Shown here one piece after another: positions 9,549 through 19,041 of a DNA stretch of 64,000 bases; position 1 is the first letter of the stretch, and the number at the start of each line of letters is the position of its first letter. The notes beneath the pieces are model-generated. The model was given only the letters and a program-made list of their open reading frames with translations. It did no database searches and was not told the DNA's origin. The DNA is from Acidobacteriota bacterium (GTDB lineage: Bacteria > Acidobacteriota > Terriglobia > UBA7540), in NCBI GenBank assembly GCA_021787735.1, contig JAJYLL010000003.1, positions 22,699 through 86,698 of the forward strand, given 5' to 3'. Both the position numbers and the translations under genes were made by a program.

Positions 9549-10226
9549 TCACCGGGCACGTTCCGGCACGGTTTTTAAAGCCGAAACCCAAAGCTTTTTT
9601 GCCGCCGATTCACCCAGGCTGATGGATCTCCTGCCCAGGCGCAGGCTCAAAGTGCCATCGTAATTGCGATGTGAAATGTGAATCTGAACTCCCGGCCGGA
9701 TTCCCAAATGGTCAAAGTATTCAAGCAATTTGCGGTCGCGCTCGTGCATACTCTCCACCCGAACAGATGATCCGGGTTCGGCTTCCCACAGTTGCCGGAG
9801 TCCCATCTTGCGGCGCTCGGCGGCGCTCTTGTTGATCTGGTTACCGTGCGGGCAGGCGCCGTCGCGTCCCAGTTTTTCGATCAGCTTCTTTTCCAGGTCT
9901 TCGGAAACCGAGTGCTCCAGACGCTCCGCCTCGTCGTGGATTTTGTACCACTCCATCCCCAGAATCTCATAAAGGAAGCGCTCTATCAGGTGGTGACGAA
10001 AGCGCAGCCGGTCGGAAATCCTGCGGCCCTCGGCGGTTAGCGTGATCCGGCCCTTGCGGTCCACGTGCGCCAACTTGTCTCGCCGCAGGCGCCGCAGGGC
10101 CAGCGCCACCGCCGGCGGAGTAACCTCCAGCCAGCGTGCGATGGTAGCCGCAATGGCGGCGCCCTCTTCCATCTCCGCCTCGGCGATAGCCTTCAGGTAA
10201 TCTTCTTTGGAGATCGTAAGCTTCAT
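9549..10226 (-). CDS. mntR: DtxR/MntR family metal-dependent transcriptional repressor with a FeoA/SH3-like C-terminal domain
   Basis: EDYLKAI, wHTH (IARWLEVTPPAVALALRRL), metal-site region RHHLIERFL....G..W...H.EAERLEH. Divergent from an Nramp transporter gene. Confidence 0.88.
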   Translation of the reverse strand: MKLTISKEDYLKAIAEAEMEEGAAIAATIARWLEVTPPAVALALRRLRRDKLAHVDRKGRITLTAEGRRISDRLRFRHHLIERFLYEILGMEWYKIHDEAERLEHSVSEDLEKKLIEKLGRDGACPHGNQINKSAAERRKMGLRQLWEAEPGSSVRVESMHERDRKLLEYFDHLGIRPGVQIHISHRNYDGTLSLRLGRRSISLGESAAKKLWVSALKTVPERAR

Positions 10227-10327
10227 GCCAAATTTTCGGCCTGGCTTTCAGGCGCATTCAGTCGGCCCGGCAGTCCGGCAACCTCCATCTTAGCCCCGTT
10301 TGCCGATTTTGATGCCGCAATTCCCGG

Positions 10328-10362
10328 TTGACATGCGGCTGGCCGTCGTATTAACTATAGTT
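10328..10362 (+). promoter_or_regulatory. candidate mntH promoter (TTGACA-N17-TTAACT) overlapped by the 10-bp palindrome AACTATAGTT
   Basis: TTGACA at 10328-10333; -10-like TTAACT at 10351-10356; perfect palindrome at 10353-10362; a second palindrome ATTCGAAT at 10365-10372. All lie in the mntR/mntH divergent spacer. Binding is not demonstrated. Confidence 0.35.
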
Positions 10363-10412
10363 TATTCGAATCGTGAATCTGCAGTAAATATTTGCCAAGA
10401 GCCGGCCCTCAT

Positions 10413-11864
10413 ATGAATCATCCGCAGGACAAGACTGAAGCCGCAGTAGGCGAATCCGTCCGCCCCGGCGAACCCGCCAGCGAAACGGGCATGCGGCCTT
10501 CCGGCCGGACCCGATCGCTTGAAGGACTGCACGGCACGGTGGACGTGCCGCCGCATGAGGCCGGTTTCTGGCGGCACTGGTGGGCCTTTGTCGGTCCCGC
10601 GATTCTGGTCAGCGTGGGTTACATGGACCCCGGCAACTGGGGCACGGACCTCGCGGCAGGAGCGGATTTCAAGTATGGCCTGCTGTGGGTGGTTGCTCTG
10701 GCCAGCCTGATGGCCATCTTTATGCAGGTGATCTCGGCCCGCCTGGGCGTGGTTACAGGAATGGACCTGGCGCAGTGCTGCCGCGATTGGTATCCGCGCT
10801 GGACCCGCGTGCCGAACTGGCTGTTCTGCGAACTCGCCATCGCCGCCTGCGATCTGGCGGAAGTGCTGGGCAGCGCAGTTGCGCTCAATCTCCTTTTCCG
10901 CATTCCGTTGCTCTGGGCTGTCATCATCACGGGCTGCGACGTCCTGATTCTGCTGGCCTTGCAGCGGTTCGGGATGCGGACCATTGAGGCGGTCGTCCTG
11001 TTGCTGGTGGCTACGATGGGGGTTTGCTATTTCGTTGAGATTTTTGTGCTGCCCCAGACGCGTCCCAGCTTTATGGAAATGGGAAGCGCACTCTTCCGGC
11101 CGGATTTCGGGCAAAGCGGAATGATTGTGCTGGCCATCGGCATTATCGGCGCGACTGTGATGCCTCACAATCTCTATCTGCATTCGGCGCTGGTCCAGAG
11201 CCGCAAGTTGCAGAAGGATGACCGCTCCATCCGCAGGGGGATTCATTTCAACACCATTGACGCTTCTGTGGCGCTGACCATCGCTTTCTTTTTGAACGCC
11301 GCCATCCTGGTGTTGGCGGCCATGGTCTTTTACGGCAAGACCAGCGTGACAGTGCCGGGCAGACCTCTGATCGAGTTCACTGCGGATACGGACTGGATCC
11401 GCGTCGCTTATCTGACGCTGGCCCCGCTGCTCGGAACGGCCCTGGCCAGCACACTATTCGCGGTGGCGTTGCTGGCCAGCGGACAGAGCAGCACCATCAC
11501 GGGTACGCTCGCCGGGCAGGTGGTGATGGAAGGATTTATGCATTGGCGGATCCGCCCCTGGCTGCGGCGGCTCATTACCCGTTCCCTGGCCATTATCCCG
11601 GCGATTTTGATCATCGGCATTCGCGGCAGCAGCAGCGTCACCGATCTGCTGGTCCTCAGCCAGGTGTTCCTGGCTTTGCAGCTTCCTTTCGCCATGTTTC
11701 CTCTGTTACACTTCACAAGTTCCCGCAAGCGCATGGGCAAGTGGCGGAACGGGTCGTTTCTGATCGCCGCAGGCTGGACCAGCGCGGTGGTCATCACCAT
11801 AATGGACCTTTACGGCTTGCCGGAGGCTTTTCGGAGCGCCTGGATGGTGATCGCCGGCCACTGA
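10413..11864 (+). CDS. mntH: Nramp family divalent metal (Mn2+/Fe2+) transporter MntH
   Basis: FWRHWWAFVGPAILVSVGYMDPGNWGTDLAAG, VMPHNLYLHSALVQSR and ~11 TM segments. ATG 10413 preferred; the track start TTG 10392 is possible. Confidence 0.92.
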   Translation: MNHPQDKTEAAVGESVRPGEPASETGMRPSGRTRSLEGLHGTVDVPPHEAGFWRHWWAFVGPAILVSVGYMDPGNWGTDLAAGADFKYGLLWVVALASLMAIFMQVISARLGVVTGMDLAQCCRDWYPRWTRVPNWLFCELAIAACDLAEVLGSAVALNLLFRIPLLWAVIITGCDVLILLALQRFGMRTIEAVVLLLVATMGVCYFVEIFVLPQTRPSFMEMGSALFRPDFGQSGMIVLAIGIIGATVMPHNLYLHSALVQSRKLQKDDRSIRRGIHFNTIDASVALTIAFFLNAAILVLAAMVFYGKTSVTVPGRPLIEFTADTDWIRVAYLTLAPLLGTALASTLFAVALLASGQSSTITGTLAGQVVMEGFMHWRIRPWLRRLITRSLAIIPAILIIGIRGSSSVTDLLVLSQVFLALQLPFAMFPLLHFTSSRKRMGKWRNGSFLIAAGWTSAVVITIMDLYGLPEAFRSAWMVIAGH

Positions 11865-11902
11865 CGCGCGCGGGAAATCAAGGGGCACGGCGGAAGAACC
11901 TT

Positions 11903-12319
11903 ATGTATAACAAGATCCTGGTGACGCTGGACACGACTCCCAGCGACCGGGCCATCATCGAGCACATCAAGGCCCTGGCGAAGATCATGCACAGCCGCGT
12001 GGCACTGCTGCACGTTGCTGACGGCTGGGCCGCGCGCATGTACGGTCCCGACGCCGTGAGCCCCGAGGTAAACGAAGACAGGGCTTATCTGGAAAAAATC
12101 CGGGCCGAGTTCGAGGCGGAGGGCATTCCTGTCGAAGCGGCGCTAGCTTACGGCGATCCGGCAAATGAAATTATCAAATGGGTACAGCAGGAGGGATGCG
12201 ACCTGGTAGCCATGAGCACCCACGGACACCGTTTCGTCAAGGACCTGTTCCTGGGAACAACCGCGCCCAAGGTGCAGCATCGCATCAGCGTTCCGGTGCT
12301 GCTGCTTCGCGCTAAATAG
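11903..12319 (+). CDS. universal stress protein (UspA family)
   Basis: MYNKILVTLDTTPSDRAIIEHI...LLHV......IIKWVQQEGCDLVAMSTHGH.....LGTTAPKVQHRISVPVLLLR. The ATG at 11903 lies inside the longer track ORF 11543..12319. Confidence 0.88.
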   Translation: MYNKILVTLDTTPSDRAIIEHIKALAKIMHSRVALLHVADGWAARMYGPDAVSPEVNEDRAYLEKIRAEFEAEGIPVEAALAYGDPANEIIKWVQQEGCDLVAMSTHGHRFVKDLFLGTTAPKVQHRISVPVLLLRAK

Positions 12320-12396
12320 CACCGGCCCTGCAGGCGCAGTATCGCCGTATGATCAAGACCGCATTGAAATAGATTCTTCTTCCCGACGCAGCACTC

Positions 12397-13503
12397 ATGT
12401 TAATTGACGGCTATGCAACTCTGGAAGGGACCACGCGCTACCGGCTGCGAAGCGCCGACCGCCTGCCTGCACATTTCCGCCAGTCCCGAGACCTCTGGAT
12501 AAGCTCCATCGGCCTCGGGACGTATCTCGGCGATCCCACCGAAGAGGTTGATAAGCGTTACACCGAAGCCGCCGTGTTTGCGGCCCGCACAGGCATCAAC
12601 GTCTTCGACACGGCCGTCAATTACCGCCACATGCACAGCGAGCGCGCCCTTGGGCGGGCAGTCTCGGAACTGATTTCATCCGGCATGGCCCGGCGCGATG
12701 AAATCATGCTCGCCACCAAAGGCGGATTCCTCAGCTACGACGGCGAAGCGCCCGCCGACCCTTCGGCCTATTTTCAGGAGAAGCTGATCCGGACGGGCCT
12801 GGTGCAGCCGGAAGAAATTGTGGCCGGGTGTCACACGCTGGCGCCGCGTTACCTGGAAAACCAGATTGACGTCAGTCGCGGCAATCTCGGCGCCCGGTCG
12901 ATCGACATCTATTACCTGCACAACCCTGAAACGCAGTTGCGCGAAGTTTCGCACGACGAATTCCTGCGGCGGTTGCGGGGAGCCATCGGGGTTCTGGAGC
13001 AGGCAGAGGCCGATGGCAAGATCAGATTGTACGGCGCGGCCACTTGGAACGGCTTTCGTGTGAAGTCGGATTCCAACGAAGCGATTTCGCTGGAAGAGAT
13101 TCTCAACGTGGCGCGAGAGGTGGGAGGGCAAGAGCACCATTTCGGAGCCATCCAGCTTCCTTTCAACATTGCCATGCCAGAGGCACTGGCCGCCAGCACG
13201 CAGATGTCGAATGGCCGACCGGTGCCGCTGCTGCATGTCGCGCGCGAGCACGGTCTGGCAGTGTTCTCAAGCGCCAGCCTGCTGCAGAGCCACCTTGCCC
13301 AAGGATTGCCGGCCGGCTTCCAACAGTGGCTCCCGGGCCTCGAAACAGACGCCCAGCGGGCCATTCAGTTCGTTCGCTCCACGCCGGGAATAACCTGCGC
13401 GCTGGTGGGCATGAGCAGCCAAAGGCACGTGGAAGAAAACATCGCCACAGCAACTCGTCCACCGCTGGCCCTCGCCGAATACCGCAGGATGTTTCAGAAA
13501 TAA
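12397..13503 (+). CDS. aldo/keto reductase family oxidoreductase
   Basis: GLGTY.G, INVFDTAVNYR...SE..LG, LATKGG and IDIYYLHNP are typical AKR motifs. Confidence 0.88.
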   Translation: MLIDGYATLEGTTRYRLRSADRLPAHFRQSRDLWISSIGLGTYLGDPTEEVDKRYTEAAVFAARTGINVFDTAVNYRHMHSERALGRAVSELISSGMARRDEIMLATKGGFLSYDGEAPADPSAYFQEKLIRTGLVQPEEIVAGCHTLAPRYLENQIDVSRGNLGARSIDIYYLHNPETQLREVSHDEFLRRLRGAIGVLEQAEADGKIRLYGAATWNGFRVKSDSNEAISLEEILNVAREVGGQEHHFGAIQLPFNIAMPEALAASTQMSNGRPVPLLHVAREHGLAVFSSASLLQSHLAQGLPAGFQQWLPGLETDAQRAIQFVRSTPGITCALVGMSSQRHVEENIATATRPPLALAEYRRMFQK

Positions 13504-13681
13504 TCACGCAGCGCCCCTACGCTGCAAATCAGCCTGCAAAGCGCGCGTCGCCGCCCAGCCTGCGATCAGAACTGCGCGGGACATATCTTCTATATTCATT
13601 TGATCCGCTTGACAGCCGATAACCTTTTAGTTAGGTTGCAATTTACCCTTATCTTTCACACCTATTGATCGCGAGGACGAT

Positions 13682-14506
13682 TTGGAGGCAAAACCAATCA
13701 TCACCATCACCACGGATTTTGGGGAAGATGACCACTTTGTAGGAGTCATGAAAGGGGTGATTTTAAACATCAATCCCGACGTCACAATCGTTGACATCAA
13801 CCACCAGGTGAAATCCTACGACATCTTCGACGGCGCCTACAGCCTGTCGCAGAGCTATCACGTTTTCCCGCCGGGAACCATTCACATGGTCGTGGTAGAT
13901 CCGGGGGTTGGCTCCGAGCGCCGGCCCATTATCGTGCAGTCAAAAAACTACAGGTTTGTGGCGCCTGACAATGGCGTGCTCTCCATGGTTTACGAGCGCG
14001 AGGAAAGCGTCGAGGTCCGCCATGTGACCGCTGACCATTTCTTCCGCAAGCCGGTCAGCAACACGTTCCACGGCCGCGATGTTTTTGCGCCGGTGGCCGC
14101 GTGGCTAAGCCGCGGCATGGAAGGGAAAAAATTCGGCGAAGTCATCACCGACTACGCCAGGTTCACGTCCGTCCGGCCCAAGTGGGAGGGCGTCACACTG
14201 CTCAAAGGTATTGCCATCAAGGTAGATAAGTTCGGGAATGTAATTACCAACATCGGCCCCGCCGACATTCCGCAGATCTTCGGCCAGGAACCGCAGGCGT
14301 TCCGCATCCGGATCAACGAGCATGAAATCACGCGGATTCATGAATCGTTTGCGGCGGGCGGACCGTCAGAACTCTTCGCCGTGGTCGGCAGCTCAGGGTT
14401 CATTGAAATCTGCACCAACCGCGGTTCCGCCGCCAGGGCGTTGAACGTGAACCGCGGAGCGGAGGTGGAACTGGAACTGCGTGGAACATCGAAGGAAGGC
14501 GCATGA
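13682..14506 (+). CDS. SAM hydroxide adenosyltransferase / SAM hydrolase (DUF62) family protein
   Basis: IITITTDFGEDDHFVGVMKGVI...P.V.IVDI.H.V, VVDPGVGSERR, APDNGVL, FHGRDVFAPVAA. TTG start at 13682 preceded by GAGGA. Confidence 0.85.
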   Translation: MEAKPIITITTDFGEDDHFVGVMKGVILNINPDVTIVDINHQVKSYDIFDGAYSLSQSYHVFPPGTIHMVVVDPGVGSERRPIIVQSKNYRFVAPDNGVLSMVYEREESVEVRHVTADHFFRKPVSNTFHGRDVFAPVAAWLSRGMEGKKFGEVITDYARFTSVRPKWEGVTLLKGIAIKVDKFGNVITNIGPADIPQIFGQEPQAFRIRINEHEITRIHESFAAGGPSELFAVVGSSGFIEICTNRGSAARALNVNRGAEVELELRGTSKEGA

Positions 14507-14521
14507 GAAATCCCCGAAAGC

Positions 14522-15898
14522 TTACGCCGAACTTCCCTTGGGCCGCACGGGTGCGACCTTGGGACGGGCGCCCCGGCTGCCCAGTTTTTCAATCTTCACT
14601 TTTGAAACGCGCAGGCCGTCCATGTCCACCACGGTATAGACCCGGCCTTCATACTCAAAACTCTCGCCGCCCTTGGGAATTTTGCCCAGGCAGTCGAGCA
14701 CAAAACCCGCCAGCGTTTCGTAGCCTTCGCCGCGCGGCAGCACGATGTCGTAATCGTCGGCCAGTTCGCGCAGGCTGAGCGCCGCATCCATTACCAGAAC
14801 GTCCTCGCCCAGCTTCTTGATCGCCGCTTCCTCGCGGTCGTACTCGTCCTGGATTTCGCCCACAATCTGTTCCAGCACATCTTCGATGGTCACCAGCCCC
14901 ACAAAGGTGCCGAACTCATCCACCACCAGCGCCAAATGCGCATGGCGCTTGCGCGCCTCGTCCAGCAGCTTGATCAGGGGCATGGTTTCCGGAATGATCA
15001 TCGGCGCGTGCAGCAGCGACATCAGGTCCATCGGCTGGTCGAGCGGAATATGATGGCTGAGGCGCTCAAACGCCACACCCAGCAGGTCGCGCGCGTAAAG
15101 GATCCCGATGATGTGGTCGGGCGAGCCTTCGTAGATGGGCACGCGCGAGTGCTGATCGCGGACGATGCTGTCGAGAAGGAAACGGAGGTCCTTGCTGAGA
15201 GGCAGCGAAGTAATCTGGTTGCGCGGCACCATGATCTCCCGCACCAGCACGCGGTGAAGATCAAAGATGCTGTGGATCATCTCCTCCTGCTCCGCGCCCA
15301 GCAGCCCTCGCTTGCGCACTCCAGTAACAATCAGCTCCACTTCCTCAAGGCTGTGCATCTCAACGTGGCCCGCCGACGCGGTAACGCCCACAATGCGGGT
15401 CACAGCCGTGGCTACGCGGTCCATCACCGCCACCGGCCCGCGCACCGCGCGCATATAGACGGCAAGCGGCCGCCCAAAGGACAACGCCACCCGCTCGGCG
15501 CGCTCATAGCCAATGTTTTTCGGTGCAAGCTCGCCCAGCACCATCAGCAGCCCCGTGATCAGCAGGAACGCCACCAAGGTGGCAAGCCCGTGCGCCAGCG
15601 GGCCCGCAAAATGTTCCACACGTCCTTCCAGCATCGCGCGGATGTCGGCCGCCAGCAAGGACTCGCCCAGCCAGCCGAGCAGCAGGCTCGCGGCCGTCAC
15701 GCCCAGTTGCAGTCCGGAGAAGAGACGGCTCGGATAGGCCAACAGTTTCTGCACCAGCGCCGCGCGCGAATTGCCCATTCGCACCAGTTGCTGCAACCGG
15801 CTGCGGCGCACGCTCAGCAGGGCGTACTCCGCCGCCACAAAGAAGGCGTTGGCCGCAATCAGGGCCAGGATCAACATCCCTTGCAAAAATAAGCTCAT
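14522..15898 (-). CDS. hemolysin/CNNM family transporter (DUF21 + CBS pair + CorC_HlyC)
   Basis: N-terminal 4-TM DUF21 (AEYALLSVRRSRL), a CBS pair (VREIMVPR..I, RVPIYEGS.D.IIGILYARDLL) and a CorC/HlyC C-terminal domain (GYETLAGFVLD.LG.IP..GE.FEYEG..YTVVDMDG.R). Confidence 0.9.
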   Translation of the reverse strand: MSLFLQGMLILALIAANAFFVAAEYALLSVRRSRLQQLVRMGNSRAALVQKLLAYPSRLFSGLQLGVTAASLLLGWLGESLLAADIRAMLEGRVEHFAGPLAHGLATLVAFLLITGLLMVLGELAPKNIGYERAERVALSFGRPLAVYMRAVRGPVAVMDRVATAVTRIVGVTASAGHVEMHSLEEVELIVTGVRKRGLLGAEQEEMIHSIFDLHRVLVREIMVPRNQITSLPLSKDLRFLLDSIVRDQHSRVPIYEGSPDHIIGILYARDLLGVAFERLSHHIPLDQPMDLMSLLHAPMIIPETMPLIKLLDEARKRHAHLALVVDEFGTFVGLVTIEDVLEQIVGEIQDEYDREEAAIKKLGEDVLVMDAALSLRELADDYDIVLPRGEGYETLAGFVLDCLGKIPKGGESFEYEGRVYTVVDMDGLRVSKVKIEKLGSRGARPKVAPVRPKGSSA

Positions 15899-16023
15899 GG
15901 CAGGTTCCCTGCTCTCGATTCTAGCCTGAAAAGTCGTCGCAATGAAAAGTCTCGTTCAAAATGCGTATCGAAGGCCCTGACTGGCCGTGCATCACATTCT
16001 GACGGGTCACGGGTTCTGCTAGA

Positions 16024-16899
16024 ATGGTTGGGATGCAAAACGACATTGTGGATGTTGTGGCAAACCGGCCGTTGACCGGGGGCCATTTTCTTCTGGATCT
16101 GCAGGCTCCGCGCCAGGCCCAGGCCACCCGGCCGGGGCAGTTCGCCATGGTGCGCCTGCTCGATCACTCGGACGTGCTGTTGCGCCGACCCATGAGCATT
16201 TTTGATGTCAAACCCCTCACGGCAGAGGGCCAGGCGGCCGCAAACGGAGCGCCTCTGGAAATCATTCAGCTTCTCTACAAAGTCGTCGGCCGCGGAACAC
16301 GCCTGATGTCCCTGCTGAAACCCGGCGACCAGGTGGAACTGTTGGCACCGCTGGGCCACGGCTTTTTTGAGGAAGAGTACCTGCCCGTCGCGCAGGCCGC
16401 GGATGAAGTTTTGCACGTGGCCGGTGGAATCGGCATTGCGGCATTGTTGCTCCCCGCGCGACAGATCGCCAGGGCCGGCATTCGCCAGCGGCTCTTTTTC
16501 GGCGGCCGCACCGCCGACGATCTGGTCGGCACGGAAGATTTTGAGACTTACGTTGGTGAAATGGTCCTGGCTACCGAAAACGGCTCAAAGGGACACCAGG
16601 GATTTGTGACCGCGCCTCTCGAAAAATATCTTGCCGGCCGCCCGAACGGGAAATTCCTGCTGATGGCATGCGGTCCCTGGGCGATGCTGCGCGCCACGGT
16701 TGATCTGGCCGCGCGCTACAACCAGCCGTGCCTGGTTTCGATGGAAAACCGCATGGGATGCGGGCTTGGCGTGTGTCTGGGATGTTCGATTCGAGTAGAA
16801 GGCACCGGTCACGCGGCTTACGAACGCGTCTGCACTGAAGGCCCGGTGTTCCGTGCCGAGCGCGTGAATTGGGAGCGGGGAGAAATTCCCAAGACATAA
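16024..16899 (+). CDS. pyrK: dihydroorotate dehydrogenase electron-transfer subunit PyrK
   Basis: FAD/NAD-binding fold (RPMSI, GPLG.GF, GGIGIA, CGP..M) plus a C-terminal 2Fe-2S Cys cluster [12 protein letters not shown]....C. Directly upstream of pyrD. Confidence 0.88.
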   Translation: MVGMQNDIVDVVANRPLTGGHFLLDLQAPRQAQATRPGQFAMVRLLDHSDVLLRRPMSIFDVKPLTAEGQAAANGAPLEIIQLLYKVVGRGTRLMSLLKPGDQVELLAPLGHGFFEEEYLPVAQAADEVLHVAGGIGIAALLLPARQIARAGIRQRLFFGGRTADDLVGTEDFETYVGEMVLATENGSKGHQGFVTAPLEKYLAGRPNGKFLLMACGPWAMLRATVDLAARYNQPCLVSMENRMGCGLGVCLGCSIRVEGTGHAAYERVCTEGPVFRAERVNWERGEIPKT

Positions 16900-16903
16900 T
16901 CGA

Positions 16904-17917
16904 ATGACCAACCAATCCAATCCGCAACGGAGCCAGGGCATGCCACCCGAAGGCATTGACGAGCAGTTTTCTCCCCGCATCGAGATCGACGTGGCAGGGA
17001 TTCATTTTGAGAACCCCGTGCTGACCGCCAGCGGCACCTTCGGCTACGGCCAGGAATTCGCCCAACTGATTGACCTGAACCAGCTCGGCGGGATTTGTGT
17101 GAAAGGCATCTCCGCCGATCCGATGGAAGGCAACCCCTCGCCGCGTATCTACGAAACCGAAGCGGGAATGCTGAACGCCATCGGCCTGCAGAACGTGGGC
17201 GCCGAACGGTTTTTGACGGAAAAGCTTCCATTCCTCCGCACGCTGCGTACGCGCTGCATTGTGAATGTTTTCGGCTACTCGACCGAAGATTACGTCCGCG
17301 CCATTGAAATCCTCAACCAGGGCGAAGGCATCCACGGCTACGAGTTGAACATCAGTTGCCCCAACACGCGTGCCGGCGGCATGGTTTACGGAAACGATCC
17401 GCACCTGACCGCGGAAGTGGTTGCGGCCAGCAAGAAGGCCGCGCGCTATCCGCTGATCGTGAAGCTTTCGCCGAACGTCACCGACATCACCGAGCTTGCG
17501 CGCGCAGCCGAGGGCGCCGGGGCCGACGCGCTTTCGCTAGTGAACACCTTTGTCGGAATGGCCATCGACGTTGAAACCCGCACGCCGCGCATTTCAAACG
17601 TCACCGGAGGTTTGTCGGGCCCGGCTATCAAGCCTCTGGCGGTCCGCATGGTCCACCAGACGTACCGCTCGGTAAAAATTCCCATCATCGGAATCGGGGG
17701 CATCGCCAGCGCAGAAGACGCTCTGGAGTTTATTATCGCCGGCGCGCGCGCCATCCAGATCGGCACCGCCAACTTCTACGCTCCTGAAACCGCCTTGCAC
17801 GTCGCCGACGGCATTCGCGAATACTGCCGCCGCAAGCGAACGCACCTCAGCGACCTTGTCGGGACTTTGAAGCTCCCCAACGAAACGAGGGCATTCAAGG
17901 TTTCCCGCGAGGAGTAA
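16904..17917 (+). CDS. pyrD: dihydroorotate dehydrogenase, class 1B catalytic subunit
   Basis: [42 protein letters not shown] and IIGIGGI are class 1 DHOD signatures. Confidence 0.93.
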   Translation: MTNQSNPQRSQGMPPEGIDEQFSPRIEIDVAGIHFENPVLTASGTFGYGQEFAQLIDLNQLGGICVKGISADPMEGNPSPRIYETEAGMLNAIGLQNVGAERFLTEKLPFLRTLRTRCIVNVFGYSTEDYVRAIEILNQGEGIHGYELNISCPNTRAGGMVYGNDPHLTAEVVAASKKAARYPLIVKLSPNVTDITELARAAEGAGADALSLVNTFVGMAIDVETRTPRISNVTGGLSGPAIKPLAVRMVHQTYRSVKIPIIGIGGIASAEDALEFIIAGARAIQIGTANFYAPETALHVADGIREYCRRKRTHLSDLVGTLKLPNETRAFKVSREE

Positions 17918-17924
17918 CTGCCCA

Positions 17925-18980
17925 ATGCGCGCCGCACTGCTCAATCTTCTTGCCTGCCCTCAGTGCTGCGCGGAACTTGATTTGTGCGCAACTTCAACGG
18001 CGGGTGATTGCATCCAGCAAGGCTTGTTTCGCTGCCGCAATTGCAGCGCGGAATACCCCATTCGCGACGGCATTCCGCGATTTGTCCCCGACGCCGCCTA
18101 TGCGCGGTCATTCAGTTTTGAGTGGCGTCAATGGCGGCGCACGCAATTCGATACCGACTCGTGCAAAGGTTCGCTCTCAACCTTCACCGCCTCAACAGGC
18201 CGCAGCCCGGCTGATTTCACAGGAAAGTTGGTGCTTGAAGCGGGATGCGGAGCCGGCCGCTACATGGACTTGCTGGCACGGGCAGGCGCGCAAGTCATAG
18301 GCATAGATATGAGCCAGGCCATCGAGGTCGCGCACGAAAATCTTGGTCATCTTCCCAACTGCCATTTCCTGCAGGGGAACCTGATGCGGCCGCCGCTTCG
18401 TGCCGGGGCGTTTGATTTTATATACAGCATCGGCGTCCTTCATCACACGCCAGACACCCATGCTGCTTTCAGCGGGTTGCTCCCGCTGCTTAAGCCGGGT
18501 GGCGAAATCGCCATCTGGGTTTATGCCCTCCGGCGGTTGTCCGACGCTTTTGATCGGTTTCCGGACCGGGTGAATGAGGTCCTGGCAGTCGATTCCAATT
18601 TCTCAATTCCACCCTCTCGCCAGCCGTCCGTTCGCCGGATGGCAAAGACGCTTGACTGGGTAATGGAGGCTTCCAACCGGATGCAGCGCGCCGTCACCAC
18701 GCGCCTTCCCACTCGCTGGCTTTACGCGCTCTGCCACATTGCTGTTCCGCTTTATTACCTGTATCGGTTGCCGATTTTCTACCCGCTGCGGCTGGTCACC
18801 AAGATCGCCATGCACCCCGACCCCGAGTGGCGGGTTCTCGACACGTTCGATTGGTACTCGCCTCGATACCAGTGGAAACATACCTTTGCAGAAGTCGAGA
18901 AATGGTTTCGCGATGCGGGGCTCACCCAGGTAGAAGTCTTGCCGCGCGTTGTCGCCGTGCGAGGTCAACAGCCGCATTAG
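17925..18980 (+). CDS. class I SAM-dependent methyltransferase with an N-terminal Trm112-like zinc ribbon
   Basis: LLACPQC...L......F.C..C...YPIRDGIPRF, then SAM motif I VLEAGCGAGRY and FDFIYSIGVLHH. Confidence 0.8.
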   Translation: MRAALLNLLACPQCCAELDLCATSTAGDCIQQGLFRCRNCSAEYPIRDGIPRFVPDAAYARSFSFEWRQWRRTQFDTDSCKGSLSTFTASTGRSPADFTGKLVLEAGCGAGRYMDLLARAGAQVIGIDMSQAIEVAHENLGHLPNCHFLQGNLMRPPLRAGAFDFIYSIGVLHHTPDTHAAFSGLLPLLKPGGEIAIWVYALRRLSDAFDRFPDRVNEVLAVDSNFSIPPSRQPSVRRMAKTLDWVMEASNRMQRAVTTRLPTRWLYALCHIAVPLYYLYRLPIFYPLRLVTKIAMHPDPEWRVLDTFDWYSPRYQWKHTFAEVEKWFRDAGLTQVEVLPRVVAVRGQQPH

Positions 18981-19041
18981 GGAAAGCGGTCAAAGCCCTC
19001 ATTAGGGCTACCGAAGCCGCTCCACAAATCTTGCAAGAAAT

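Noticed and set aside
14936-15892. Long antisense ORFs inside well-supported genes. Examples: 3748..4629, 10362..11246, 14936..15892, 19936..21144, 32387..33529, 36682..37491, 37499..38377, 40131..41342, 47161..48042
   Set aside because: These are typical high-GC shadow ORFs. Their translations are Arg/His/Gln/Ala-rich with no recognisable motifs, and each overlaps a gene with clear family signatures on the other strand.
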